Source: a virus
Lineage: Duplodnaviria; Caudoviricetes
Strand: one strand, 5' to 3'
DNA length: 64,000 bases
Virus record (IMG/VR): IMGVR_UViG_3300021400_000080
Span: 11,710-75,709 of that record
In this document: piece by piece, positions 55,496-64,000 of the stretch
Position numbering within the stretch: the first letter of the stretch is position 1
Layout of the letters: each line of letters begins with the position of its first letter
The notes under the pieces: generated by a model
Databases searched by the model: none
What the model saw: only the letters and a program-made list of their open reading frames with translations
Told to the model about the DNA's origin: nothing
Made by a program: the position numbers and the translations under genes

Positions 55496-56338
55496 ATGGC
55501 AGAAAAACAGTACAAGGGTAGGCGCGTGCGTAACACCCACACGAACAAGTACATGCATCTGGTCGCACGTTATAAATTCCAGGGACGTATCGAGGGGATT
55601 TACTCCGATGCTTTCGACATATTCGTGGATGAGTTAGCGAAGCGTATCAGACGTGATCAGCAGAACGTTGTCGTGGTCGAGGGGGATACGGGTTCGGGCA
55701 AATCGGCTTTCGCCCTGAATCTCTGCGTGGCACTATCCCGTAAGTTGGGAAAATCATTCGATCTTTCGAAGGATTACATCTACGCGAGTTCAGACCTATG
55801 GGCGAAATTGGCAGACCCCGATGCCGGACCCATATCCCTACTCGATGAGGGATCGGTCACTATCGCAAGTATGAACGCAACCCGTAAGGACGATAAGGAC
55901 ATCATGACCCTCTTCAATACGATGAGGTCGAGGGGGTGGACCACGATCATCTGCAACCCCTCTATCATGAGGATCAATCAAGCCGTGAGGATGGACCACG
56001 TTGATTACAAGATAAGGTGCAACTCCCCGGAGAAACCCCTCATCCGTGGATTCGGTCGCGGGTTCTTCCAATGCCGTAAGGCGAACCGCCACGAGTTCAA
56101 GAAGGGCGATCCGTTTTGGGAATTGATCTACACGGGGGTGTTCGGAGATTACCCCGCCAGTCTTAAGGACGAGTATCTGGCAATCAAGAACAGTCACCAG
56201 GATGAATTGATGGAAAGAATGGTAAGACGTGCCAAGACCGAAGAGGCCCAGGAGAGGGCGAAAGCGGAGAAGTATCTCAATACTCCCCCCGAAGATCCCT
56301 CCGAAAGACCTCCCCCGGCATGGGCAGATGAGGAATGA
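55496..56338 (+). CDS. P-loop ATPase, candidate packaging/assembly ATPase (SSV1 B251- or Zot-like)
   Basis: EGDTGSGKS Walker A, LLDEG Walker B, TMRSRG. Confidence 0.8.
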   Translation: MAEKQYKGRRVRNTHTNKYMHLVARYKFQGRIEGIYSDAFDIFVDELAKRIRRDQQNVVVVEGDTGSGKSAFALNLCVALSRKLGKSFDLSKDYIYASSDLWAKLADPDAGPISLLDEGSVTIASMNATRKDDKDIMTLFNTMRSRGWTTIICNPSIMRINQAVRMDHVDYKIRCNSPEKPLIRGFGRGFFQCRKANRHEFKKGDPFWELIYTGVFGDYPASLKDEYLAIKNSHQDELMERMVRRAKTEEAQERAKAEKYLNTPPEDPSERPPPAWADEE

Positions 56339-56754
56339 ATATGAGCAGACAGATTATATTGATCATAGGCAAGAACCGTGCGGAGTTCTGCCGCCCGAAA
56401 CCGAAGGATGTCGATGTCAAACATTTCTTCGTGACCCGCAACCAACTGTACAAGGTCTACCCCGACATGTATGTGAAGTGCCGTTGGTACTGGTGCGATG
56501 TCGAGATGGGTACGGACGAGTTCGTGGTCTATCCGGAGAATGGTATCCGTCCCCACATTCAGGCGGGCGCGTACACGAATTTCGACAAACTGATGATGGA
56601 TATTGACGAGCATAAAATGAGTGCCAACGGCATACACAAAAAACCGTTCGGCATGTTGAGCAGCAAGACCGTAGGCCACTTGAAGGATCTGTTCCCGTTC
56701 ATAATCCTGGGAGCTGTGCTGGCATACGCTTTCCTGTCTAACGGAGGACTGTAA
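56335..56754 (+). CDS. C-terminally anchored membrane protein
   Basis: FPFIILGAVLAYAFL at the C-terminus. Confidence 0.7.
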   Translation: MNMSRQIILIIGKNRAEFCRPKPKDVDVKHFFVTRNQLYKVYPDMYVKCRWYWCDVEMGTDEFVVYPENGIRPHIQAGAYTNFDKLMMDIDEHKMSANGIHKKPFGMLSSKTVGHLKDLFPFIILGAVLAYAFLSNGGL

Positions 56755-56755
56755 G

Positions 56756-57700
56756 ATGGTTGTAGAGGACATACCCGATTGGGCGAAGGACGAGAACGAC
56801 CCCCCCAAGAAGATGTGGGAGAAAAAAGAGGTCAAGGACGAGGACTCCGAGGGAATCCCGGAAGATGATGCCAAGGACACCAAGGAGGAAACCGTAAAGG
56901 ATGATACCGAGGAAATCCCGGAGGACGAGGATACCGATGATGAGGAATCCGAGGATGATCCCGAAGAGGGCGATGAGGACGAGGACATGGGCGAACCCAT
57001 CGACGAGGACGAAGAATCGAAAGAAGAAGAAGGGGAAGAACCGGAAGAGGACGAGGATGATACCGAGGACGATGAGGACGAAGAACCCGTTGTCGAAATC
57101 GACCCCGATGATGATCTACCCCCGTCACGCGACACGGCATCCCTTGACTCCCTTGTTCCCGTCGAAGAGAACGATAAGGACATAATTACGACACCCCTAA
57201 ATCCCGAAAAAGGTACTGACACACAGACCGAGGGCGAAAATGCCCGTAAAAAGCGTCCTAAGAGGTCATTTAAAAACTGGCTCAACGGAACCCCGGAGAA
57301 TCCATTACCGTTATTCAGTTTGAGGGCGAGATTCAAGAGATGGAGGTTGATTAAATTCCACAACCACGTCTGGCTCCGCATCATGTCCTACGACAAGAAC
57401 ACGAATGAGTACACGATCTGCGAGAATCTTATCCCCAGGAGCAGATTACCCAAGACCGCTGTCCACTGCACGAATGAGAAACATGTGTGGTTCGACAAAC
57501 TGTTCGAGGTCCCCTATGAGCCGTGGAAGGACAATGGGTTCGGAGCCATGAACGCATACCTATACATGAAGGATACATCAATCGACGAGGCCCTACTCCT
57601 ATTGTGGCAGGGACCCAAGATGAATATGAGGACGATGGCAATCATCGGCATTATCGCGGTCGCAGCCATATTCTACATATTCTACATGATGCAGGGATGA
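56756..57700 (+). CDS. membrane-anchored protein with a very acidic N-terminal ~130 aa
   Basis: D/E low-complexity tract; C-terminal TM. Confidence 0.75.
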   Translation: MVVEDIPDWAKDENDPPKKMWEKKEVKDEDSEGIPEDDAKDTKEETVKDDTEEIPEDEDTDDEESEDDPEEGDEDEDMGEPIDEDEESKEEEGEEPEEDEDDTEDDEDEEPVVEIDPDDDLPPSRDTASLDSLVPVEENDKDIITTPLNPEKGTDTQTEGENARKKRPKRSFKNWLNGTPENPLPLFSLRARFKRWRLIKFHNHVWLRIMSYDKNTNEYTICENLIPRSRLPKTAVHCTNEKHVWFDKLFEVPYEPWKDNGFGAMNAYLYMKDTSIDEALLLLWQGPKMNMRTMAIIGIIAVAAIFYIFYMMQG

Positions 57701-57704
57701 TACG

Positions 57705-58343
57705 ATGGAAGAATACAAGGGATTGACCGAAGAAGAGATCGCAGCTATGAACATAGATGTATCCGAGGACGATGAGGATGAGCCGGAACACATCATGACC
57801 GAAGAAGAACTGGAGCAGACCGAAGAATATCAGAATCTTGACGAAGAACAGAAGGGCGCGCTGAAAGGATTGCGCGAGAGGTTCAAGGGCAGGATGGAAA
57901 GAGGACAGGCGAAAGCCGCATCCAATTTCCTCCAACGCTGGTCCGAGTTATCCGGCTATCCCGGTGACTATGACCGCATAGACTACGACAACCCCTACAT
58001 CCGGTTGGAATATGCCATGTGCGATCCCAAGACACTGATGAAACTGTCATCGCCCAAGTTGAGGGAAAAAACGCTGGCTACATTCCCCGAAGATGTCCAA
58101 AAAATATTCTACGAGAAGGGTCCCGGCAACTCCAAGAGGTATTGCGACACCATCCTGACACCGGGGATGGTCAGGCGCAGCGCAAAAACGCAGATCAGAC
58201 ACGACCGCAAGATAGCCAAGCGCACGTCCTCGTTATCGGATGATGAGAAGGAGAAATACAAGCAGCTCAAGGCCGAACAAAAAGCCATCAATAAAATGCG
58301 TATGAAAGAAGCACGGCTGGCTAAGAAGAACAAGAGGAAATGA
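57705..58343 (+). CDS. hypothetical protein (acidic N-terminus, basic C-terminus)
   Basis: Operon packing. Confidence 0.7.
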   Translation: MEEYKGLTEEEIAAMNIDVSEDDEDEPEHIMTEEELEQTEEYQNLDEEQKGALKGLRERFKGRMERGQAKAASNFLQRWSELSGYPGDYDRIDYDNPYIRLEYAMCDPKTLMKLSSPKLREKTLATFPEDVQKIFYEKGPGNSKRYCDTILTPGMVRRSAKTQIRHDRKIAKRTSSLSDDEKEKYKQLKAEQKAINKMRMKEARLAKKNKRK

Positions 58344-58344
58344 G

Positions 58345-58554
58345 ATGTTCGACCCGCTGGACCTTATGTATAAGGATATGGAAATCGGATTATTCGTGGC
58401 ATCCCATGTCATAGACGTGGAACAATCCGTTGCAAAAGTCATGCGCGATAAACTGACACAAGAGGAACGTGATATGTACTTCGACGAGGATATGGCATTT
58501 GACGATGGATACGAGGTATACCGATGTTGGACATATTCGAGTTATCCCCATTGA
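58345..58554 (+). CDS. hypothetical protein
   Basis: Operon packing. Confidence 0.5.
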   Translation: MFDPLDLMYKDMEIGLFVASHVIDVEQSVAKVMRDKLTQEERDMYFDEDMAFDDGYEVYRCWTYSSYPH

Positions 58555-58703
58555 CCGAGGACGATCTGGAATTGATAGACAAGGGCATCGAGGACGAGGA
58601 AGCGATGTGTTCCTGTATCGCATATCTGTTATGGGAAGAACACAAGATGGAGATTATCGAAAAACTGAATGAAAGTTTGAAGAACGTCAATCTCAAGGCA
58701 TAA
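58524..58703 (+). CDS. acidic hypothetical protein (59 aa)
   Basis: GAGGT RBS; MLDIFELSPLTEDDLELIDKG; ends at the AAACCTTTT motif. Confidence 0.55.
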   Translation: MLDIFELSPLTEDDLELIDKGIEDEEAMCSCIAYLLWEEHKMEIIEKLNESLKNVNLKA

Positions 58704-58736
58704 AACCTTTTAAACGACAACCCACATTCTTTTCGT

Positions 58737-59096
58737 ATGGCAACTTACTATTATGCCGCGTTCCAGGATGAATACACCGGGTTCGGTAAACCCGGCAAGA
58801 CAGACTCCATATCCGCAGCCAGGAAGAATCTCATCGCACGCATGAAGAGGAATTATGCCGAGGCGGGAGTGATCGCCACCGTTCCCGACCTGGACGGTAT
58901 CTCCGAACGTGACCGTGCTTTTGTCGGCTCAATCAATGCCAGTGCCGGACCCGTGATCAACGGGAAGATGACCGCAGATTACTACATCTGGTTCCCGAAA
59001 GGAAGCAAAAAGAAATACCTCGTCAAGTCCGATGGCAGCGTGGTCGAATATCAGGGAATGAAACAGATCATCGAAATGAGAACTAAAAGGAAATGA
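58737..59096 (+). CDS. small Tyr/Lys-rich family protein
   Basis: DSISAARKNL...YLVKSDGSV. Confidence 0.75.
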   Translation: MATYYYAAFQDEYTGFGKPGKTDSISAARKNLIARMKRNYAEAGVIATVPDLDGISERDRAFVGSINASAGPVINGKMTADYYIWFPKGSKKKYLVKSDGSVVEYQGMKQIIEMRTKRK

Positions 59097-59150
59097 ATTG
59101 ATCGGAGAATTTGCTGAAACCTTTTAAACCCCCCATTCTATTCAATTTGT

Positions 59151-59432
59151 ATGTACTACACATACTACAACAAACCCTGCTGTTCAAGTATAACCTACCG
59201 TACGAAAATCATCGAGATACCCAATGCGACATCCATCAACGCAGCCCGCAAGGGAGCGATAATGATGTGCAACCGGGGGATACTCGACCCTCACGAGGTA
59301 TTCATCAGTCGTGGGGGATGGGGTCAAGGCACTCTGTCAAAAAAGAACGGGATCTGGTATTGGAGCCGTGCCAAAACCCACAACCGCTATGTCGTAGACC
59401 CCGACACAGGACAGATTTCCAAACAGGATTAA
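59151..59432 (+). CDS. small Tyr/Lys-rich family protein
   Basis: TSINAARKGA...YVVDPDTGQI. Confidence 0.75.
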   Translation: MYYTYYNKPCCSSITYRTKIIEIPNATSINAARKGAIMMCNRGILDPHEVFISRGGWGQGTLSKKNGIWYWSRAKTHNRYVVDPDTGQISKQD

Positions 59433-59457
59433 ATAAGATAATCTTCATTTTTGTATC

Positions 59458-59787
59458 ATGACCTACTATACCGTAGTGATGGAGAATTTCAACGATAAAT
59501 CTCGTAATCCCCATACCACCAGGAAGATGTTTGATACAGTGGACGAGGCGCGCAGATTCGCGTGCAGGGAACTTGTGAATAGCGGTCATCCGAGGAACTA
59601 CCTTGCCGGCATTTATAGGATTGCCGAAGAACTCGCCTGGACCGATGTTCCTCCCAAGAAGAACCGTGTCGGAGAAGTCCACAGATGGGCAGATGGCAAA
59701 TTCATGTACTACCACGAGCATCCGGTCAAATACCGTAAAGCGTGGGTCAATCCGCGGACCGGCAAGATCGGAAAAGGAATGTGGTGA
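59458..59787 (+). CDS. small Tyr/Lys-rich family protein
   Basis: FDTVDEARRFAC...VNPRTGKIGK. Confidence 0.78.
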   Translation: MTYYTVVMENFNDKSRNPHTTRKMFDTVDEARRFACRELVNSGHPRNYLAGIYRIAEELAWTDVPPKKNRVGEVHRWADGKFMYYHEHPVKYRKAWVNPRTGKIGKGMW

Positions 59788-59824
59788 AAAATTAAAAAGG
59801 GGGTCATCCCCCCTATCTTTTTTT

Positions 59825-60334
59825 TTAATTCGGACGGCAGATTATGAATTTGCCTTTCCGGATCGCGTTTGCAAAAGGAGTCATAAACCTAAGATACGAT
59901 AGGGTCGGTTCATTCCTCTGATAACCCTTGATCGTAGGTTTTCCGACTCCTGTCTTATTTCCCTCGTATATGGCGAATATCACGATGGTATCCTTATCAC
60001 ACAATCCCTTGATCTCCTTGACTATGCCCTTGATTACCGATTCTTCCTGTATCACATTAAGGACATTACTGCACACGATGACATCCGGAGGGGTTCTCTT
60101 GAACTTCTGCATAACCGCCTTGTTATGAGATGGGGTACGATTGAATGGATCATAGATACTTACATCCACTCCATATCCTTTCATAAACTCCTTACCGAGA
60201 TCGTATTTCCCACCGCCATAATCCAATACCCTATCGCCCTTGCGGAATAACCGATTATTGGGTTTGGTGAACGTGGTATAGACCGCACACACTTGCACCA
60301 GGGATGTATCCTTGGATTCGTACTTCTGCACCAT
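59825..60334 (-). CDS. class I SAM-dependent methyltransferase-like protein
   Basis: VLDYGGG, SIYDP, CSNVLNVI. Confidence 0.75.
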   Translation of the reverse strand: MVQKYESKDTSLVQVCAVYTTFTKPNNRLFRKGDRVLDYGGGKYDLGKEFMKGYGVDVSIYDPFNRTPSHNKAVMQKFKRTPPDVIVCSNVLNVIQEESVIKGIVKEIKGLCDKDTIVIFAIYEGNKTGVGKPTIKGYQRNEPTLSYLRFMTPFANAIRKGKFIICRPN

Positions 60335-60367
60335 TTTTCTCCTCTACGATATAATGGGATTATAGTA

Positions 60368-60417
60368 TTTTAAGGAACTTTAGGGAATTTTAAGGAATTT
60401 TAAGGAATTTTAAAGAG
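60368..60417. repeat. tandem 10-bp repeat TTTTAAGGAA (about 5 imperfect copies)
   Basis: Directly visible; intergenic. Confidence 0.8.
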
Positions 60418-60922
60418 GATTGGAAATCCTACCGAATATCCAGTATGCGGCCATAAGGGAAAGGCCGTCTATGAGGATGGTATCATACATCGTCATGGGT
60501 ATGCCGAACAAGGTCATAGGGAACTCCCTCATACCGAGGTCGGCTCCCCACAGATGGGATATGACCCATAAGACTCCGATAACTGCCATGAGGACACACG
60601 ACATGTACCATTCCCGGTTGTCTTTATGGTACTGGACCGTAAGAGTATCCATTATCTCCCCGATCTCCGCAGCAGACTTCTTGACCCATCCCTCTTCGGT
60701 TCTGATGAGGGATCCGTCCTCTCCGCACATGTCGTTAAGCACGGTCTCCACGGAAGGATCTATGTCCTCCGGGGTGAATCCATCGAGGTCGGTCATAGCG
60801 ATTATATCGGCCACGACAACGGGTGCATCGAACGGAAGGGTATCTACATACATCCGTGCAACTGGTTGTATGCGCGTGCGTATCTCGTACCTCCGCATCG
60901 GGGGAGTCCAATTCTCCATCAC
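60410..60922 (-). CDS. winged-helix-like N-terminus with two C-terminal TMs
   Basis: Hydrophobic C-terminal segments. Confidence 0.6.
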   Translation of the reverse strand: MMENWTPPMRRYEIRTRIQPVARMYVDTLPFDAPVVVADIIAMTDLDGFTPEDIDPSVETVLNDMCGEDGSLIRTEEGWVKKSAAEIGEIMDTLTVQYHKDNREWYMSCVLMAVIGVLWVISHLWGADLGMREFPMTLFGIPMTMYDTILIDGLSLMAAYWIFGRISNPL

Positions 60923-61194
60923 CGGAACATCACATCCTCTTTATCGTGGATGATACGGAATGTGAGGACGGCCCTCTGATTGTTCTTATTGTCATTCACA
61001 TTCAGGACGTATTCAGGGATGTCCTCGTCCTTGATATGAAGGGACATATAATTGACAACGGCATCCAGGACCTCCCTTGTCACATTGACCCTACGATCCT
61101 TGTGAAAATGGTCCTTGCCCTTCTTGACCTCTCCGAGATATATCTCTCCGTCATCCAGGCACATGATGTCCAGTCCTACGTCCTTCTTGCTCAT
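60919..61194 (-). CDS. hypothetical protein
   Basis: ATGA-coupled. Confidence 0.6.
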   Translation of the reverse strand: MSKKDVGLDIMCLDDGEIYLGEVKKGKDHFHKDRRVNVTREVLDAVVNYMSLHIKDEDIPEYVLNVNDNKNNQRAVLTFRIIHDKEDVMFR

Positions 61195-61253
61195 CGTATC
61201 ACAATCACGGTTCTATTTTATTGGCTTTTGCCCATTCTTCCCACGAATGGTCA

Positions 61254-61433
61254 TCAGTCATCAAAACACCGTTCATAGCATGTTTCCATCTCATCGAACT
61301 GCCCGTCCACACCCAATCCGGTAGTATCGGATGCAGTGTCCATCAGCGCACCCAACATGTCCTCGTAGTCCGTTATATCCGCATTGGACGGGTATTTGAC
61401 GTAGATCGTGAACTTCACGAATTTGTCAGGCAT
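61254..61433 (-). CDS. acidic hypothetical protein
   Basis: GGAGT RBS; MPDKFVKF. Confidence 0.55.
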   Translation of the reverse strand: MPDKFVKFTIYVKYPSNADITDYEDMLGALMDTASDTTGLGVDGQFDEMETCYERCFDD

Positions 61434-61669
61434 CACTCCTCCCTCCAACGTGCCATGACTATCCTATCGGTCTCTCCGCGCACTTCCCTGCCGCAGCCCG
61501 GACATGTGATGACCCACTCCGCTTTTGCGAAATCGTAGTAGTAGTCCGGCTCGTCCTCACAGTCGCATTGACCGCACGGAGGAACGTTCTCGACATTCCC
61601 GATAACGTCCTCTTCCAGATCGTGTACGGCATCCTCCTTGAATCTCTCGATGTCGTAGGGGTCGTTCAT
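61433..61669 (-). CDS. Lar-like zinc-ribbon protein
   Basis: PPCGQC...ITCPGCG...MARW. Confidence 0.55.
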   Translation of the reverse strand: MNDPYDIERFKEDAVHDLEEDVIGNVENVPPCGQCDCEDEPDYYYDFAKAEWVITCPGCGREVRGETDRIVMARWREE

Positions 61670-61941
61670 TCGATCACCTTGATACCCATCACGCAGTACC
61701 CTTCGGGGATACCGTCGGGGAACATGTCGTGGGTGATTATGTATGTGACCGCTACTCTCACATCCCTTCCCGTGAACCTCTCCGCATCCAGATCGGTCTC
61801 CAGGTCGGGGTTGTATTCGCGTAGGCGCAGCGTATCGCCCACTTTATAGTCACGGTCGCTTTTGCGTATCTCGAACGTCTTGATGCCATTCTTGACGGCA
61901 TCGTAGTATTGTGGTACTATCTTCAATACATGCAGTGTCAT
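61666..61941 (-). CDS. ASCH-superfamily (DUF3850-like) protein
   Basis: HVLKIVPQYYDAVKNGIKTFEIRKSDRDYKVGDTLRLREY. Confidence 0.85.
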   Translation of the reverse strand: MTLHVLKIVPQYYDAVKNGIKTFEIRKSDRDYKVGDTLRLREYNPDLETDLDAERFTGRDVRVAVTYIITHDMFPDGIPEGYCVMGIKVIE

Positions 61942-61965
61942 TTCATCTCTCTCCTGTCGTTTATC

Positions 61966-62130
61966 TCATTCCATGAATCCTTCCCAAATACAGAACTATG
62001 CTACGGCATCACATTTGGGACAAGTCAGATAGGTCACGCTGCCCATCCCGGAATCTTCTCCGCACGCTTCATCATAATTGAAATCCGATCTCCAAGTCAT
62101 CTCTGCTCCGCAGAACCAACAAGTTGTCAT
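61966..62130 (-). CDS. zinc-ribbon protein with in-frame TAG
   Basis: MTTCWFCGAEMTWRSDF...YLTCPKCDAVA*FCIWE; TAG at 61996-61998. Confidence 0.6.
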
Positions 62131-62286
62131 TCAATCTCCCTCATCAATGCCGCGATACTGGATCATACTCGACCAAACATCGGCATCCATATCGAGACTG
62201 ATATTGGTTGCGATCTCGTCTGCATCTTCTTTCGTAGGTGCTTGTATCACAACATCGTATTCCAGATGGTATAGGTATGCAGTCAT
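62131..62286 (-). CDS. small acidic protein (51 aa)
   Basis: ATGA-coupled; MTAYLYHLEYDVVIQAPTKEDADEIA. Confidence 0.55.
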   Translation of the reverse strand: MTAYLYHLEYDVVIQAPTKEDADEIATNISLDMDADVWSSMIQYRGIDEGD

Positions 62287-63206
62287 TCCTCCTCACTCCT
62301 GTCGTTTCCCCTCAATGTCAATCCTACGATGGTCTTGCATCTCGCACACTGATACTCGTAGGTCCAGCGCGCGTCCCTGTCTGCCGGAACGGTCTGCGCG
62401 AATGTATCGAACTCTCCGCATCCGCACCTCGGACATGTGAAATACACCGTACCATCGTGGTCGGGCAGATAATCTTTCCCTCTATCGGTCATTCTTTCAC
62501 TCTTCATCTTCTTGTAAGCCAATCTCTCGTAAACCGTATACAGCTCATCGGCTTCTTCCTTCGTGACATATCCGTAGGATTTGAATGGACGGTAATTGTT
62601 GGAGGTCATCTCCCATGCGAATCCTTCGACATCGAACTCCCTCTTATCACGGTCGGGTTGATCATCCCTGAATGTGACGATGCACACGCACTTCGCTTTA
62701 TTACCGTCGGATGCCGTGTAATCCGTGGGTATCCAATGGATGTCCGGCACGGTCACGATGACTATGCGGCCTTTCCCCAACATATCGTCTATGGCCGCCC
62801 TGAAATCCTTGGTGAACGCAGTAAGGTATGTGTCGAGTTGAAATGCTCTTCCGTCCTTCGGGATGGTCCCATATCTCGGATTGCCGGGTACGGCATCGCT
62901 TACGTCTATTATCATATCGGGATCGTCATAACCGTTGAACTCCCTCAAGAGTTTCAGAGCCAGCGTACTCTTTCCGCACCCTACCTTTCCGCAGATGATC
63001 ACCAACGTGCCGTGGCTGGCATGTTTGATACGCTGCATAACATCATTGAACATCATTATCGTTGCCGTATCCTCGTCCTCCTTCTTGATGATATAACGGT
63101 TCTCCCATCTAACCTTACATTCAGGGCAGAACTGGACCCATCCGTAGATCGTCCTCAATCTTTTCGTACCCTTGATGTTACGGTGACAGATGTCGCACCT
63201 CATCAT
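62283..63206 (-). CDS. P-loop NTPase flanked by zinc fingers
   Basis: CDIC...CPEC, CGKVGCGKST, CPRC...CARC. Confidence 0.75.
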   Translation of the reverse strand: MMRCDICHRNIKGTKRLRTIYGWVQFCPECKVRWENRYIIKKEDEDTATIMMFNDVMQRIKHASHGTLVIICGKVGCGKSTLALKLLREFNGYDDPDMIIDVSDAVPGNPRYGTIPKDGRAFQLDTYLTAFTKDFRAAIDDMLGKGRIVIVTVPDIHWIPTDYTASDGNKAKCVCIVTFRDDQPDRDKREFDVEGFAWEMTSNNYRPFKSYGYVTKEEADELYTVYERLAYKKMKSERMTDRGKDYLPDHDGTVYFTCPRCGCGEFDTFAQTVPADRDARWTYEYQCARCKTIVGLTLRGNDRSEEE

Positions 63207-63658
63207 TTCCTCTCCCGGAAAGCCGCTGACACTGAAAGGCGCACGGCATCGTCGATACCCTGTTCCATATTCCTGTGTACCTCATCGTGGCACTCCACAC
63301 ACAATCCGATGAGGTTGCACGGATCGGATTCACTCCCCTTGAGGTATCTCGGACGGATGTGGTGTATCTCCACGGTCCTGCGCTGCCCACATATCGCACA
63401 CACGGGATAACGCATACGCATGACCTTGGTTATCGGCTCCCATAACGAACCGAACGTAAACGTATAGTCGGGCATCCTTATGCGCGTTCCGGTCGGCTCC
63501 GGACCCTTCTTCATCCTGTCGATGATCCAGTCTATCGTCCTCTCCTTGTCCATCTCCCTCTTGCGGTTGATTTCGGGGTCCTTGACGTACCAAACCTCGA
63601 TGTCGTGTTCCAGCTGTTCCTTTATTTCGTTCCAATCATAGATCGTATCCATCTTCAT
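63203..63658 (-). CDS. HNH endonuclease
   Basis: CAICG...EIHHIRP...NLIGLCVECHDEVH. Confidence 0.88.
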   Translation of the reverse strand: MKMDTIYDWNEIKEQLEHDIEVWYVKDPEINRKREMDKERTIDWIIDRMKKGPEPTGTRIRMPDYTFTFGSLWEPITKVMRMRYPVCAICGQRRTVEIHHIRPRYLKGSESDPCNLIGLCVECHDEVHRNMEQGIDDAVRLSVSAAFRERK

Positions 63659-63839
63659 CCCTCTTGAATTGAATGACGAACATAGCCACGCAGAATATGG
63701 CAGCGACCACACCCACGGCTATCACTCCCGTCTTGTCAAGCCAGTGGTAGATCCAGTTCATACGGAGTACGGTAATGGCAACGGCTATGCTCCCGATCCC
63801 GATACCCCGGAATATCCCGACTTCCTCTATGTCAAACAT
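63636..63839 (-). CDS. small 2-TM membrane protein
   Basis: Two hydrophobic segments. Confidence 0.6.
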   Translation of the reverse strand: MFDIEEVGIFRGIGIGSIAVAITVLRMNWIYHWLDKTGVIAVGVVAAIFCVAMFVIQFKRDEDGYDL

Positions 63840-64000
63840 TCTTGGTCCTCTCCTTCTCGCGCTCACGCGCCTTGACTTTCTCTAACATCTCGCGGGATTG
63901 TTCCAGCATACGCTCGTATCCCTTGTCGATGGAATCCGAGACTTCAATATCGTACTCATACATATCCAGAATGTCGAACACCGTGGGTTCGTTACAATAT

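Noticed and set aside
61191-61261. Possible seventh TAG read-through extending 60919-61194 upstream to ATG 61254
   Set aside because: An alternative short ORF (MTDDHSWEEWAKANKIEP) explains the gap equally well, so it was not counted.
1-64000. CRISPR array, tRNA, rRNA or reverse transcriptase/DGR
   Set aside because: No regularly spaced 25-40 bp repeats, cloverleaf signatures or RT motifs were recognised; no amber suppressor tRNA was seen.
1-64000. Head-tail (Caudoviricetes) morphogenesis genes
   Set aside because: No terminase, portal, HK97 capsid or tape-measure protein is recognisable. The HNH, SNF2 and VRR-NUC genes are not specific to tailed viruses. The rest of the contig is unseen.

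Overview
The whole 64 kb looks like one archaeal virus-like genome segment, with no host housekeeping genes. The inferred host is a pyrrolysine-using Methanomassiliicoccales methanogen, based on TATA-type promoters, GGTGA/GGAGG ribosome-binding sites, a PCNA-like clamp, BspA-LRR adhesin domains and TAG apparently read as a sense codon. No terminase, portal or HK97 capsid is visible. Instead there are three small two-helix proteins resembling spindle-shaped-virus major capsid proteins (SSV1 VP1/VP3 type), a membrane/ATPase morphogenesis cluster, and a replication/recombination block (iteron origin, SF3 helicase, SNF2, ERF, YqaJ, VRR-NUC). Four systems stand out. (1) Capsid-hairpin paralogs carry large passenger or adhesin domains inserted in the loop, including an apparently split helix1/helix2 pair, which resembles natural capsid display. 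(2) A C5-cytosine methyltransferase is split into an intein-containing catalytic gene, about 12 stand-alone target-recognition-domain (TRD) minigenes and a separate motif IX-X gene. (3) At least six genes contain in-frame TAG, while none of the more than 60 genes whose ends I read stops at TAG. (4) About 17 copies of a small Tyr/Lys-rich protein family are dispersed through the window, often in cassettes bounded by a shared hairpin motif. All homology calls come from motif recognition by eye; no database searches were run.
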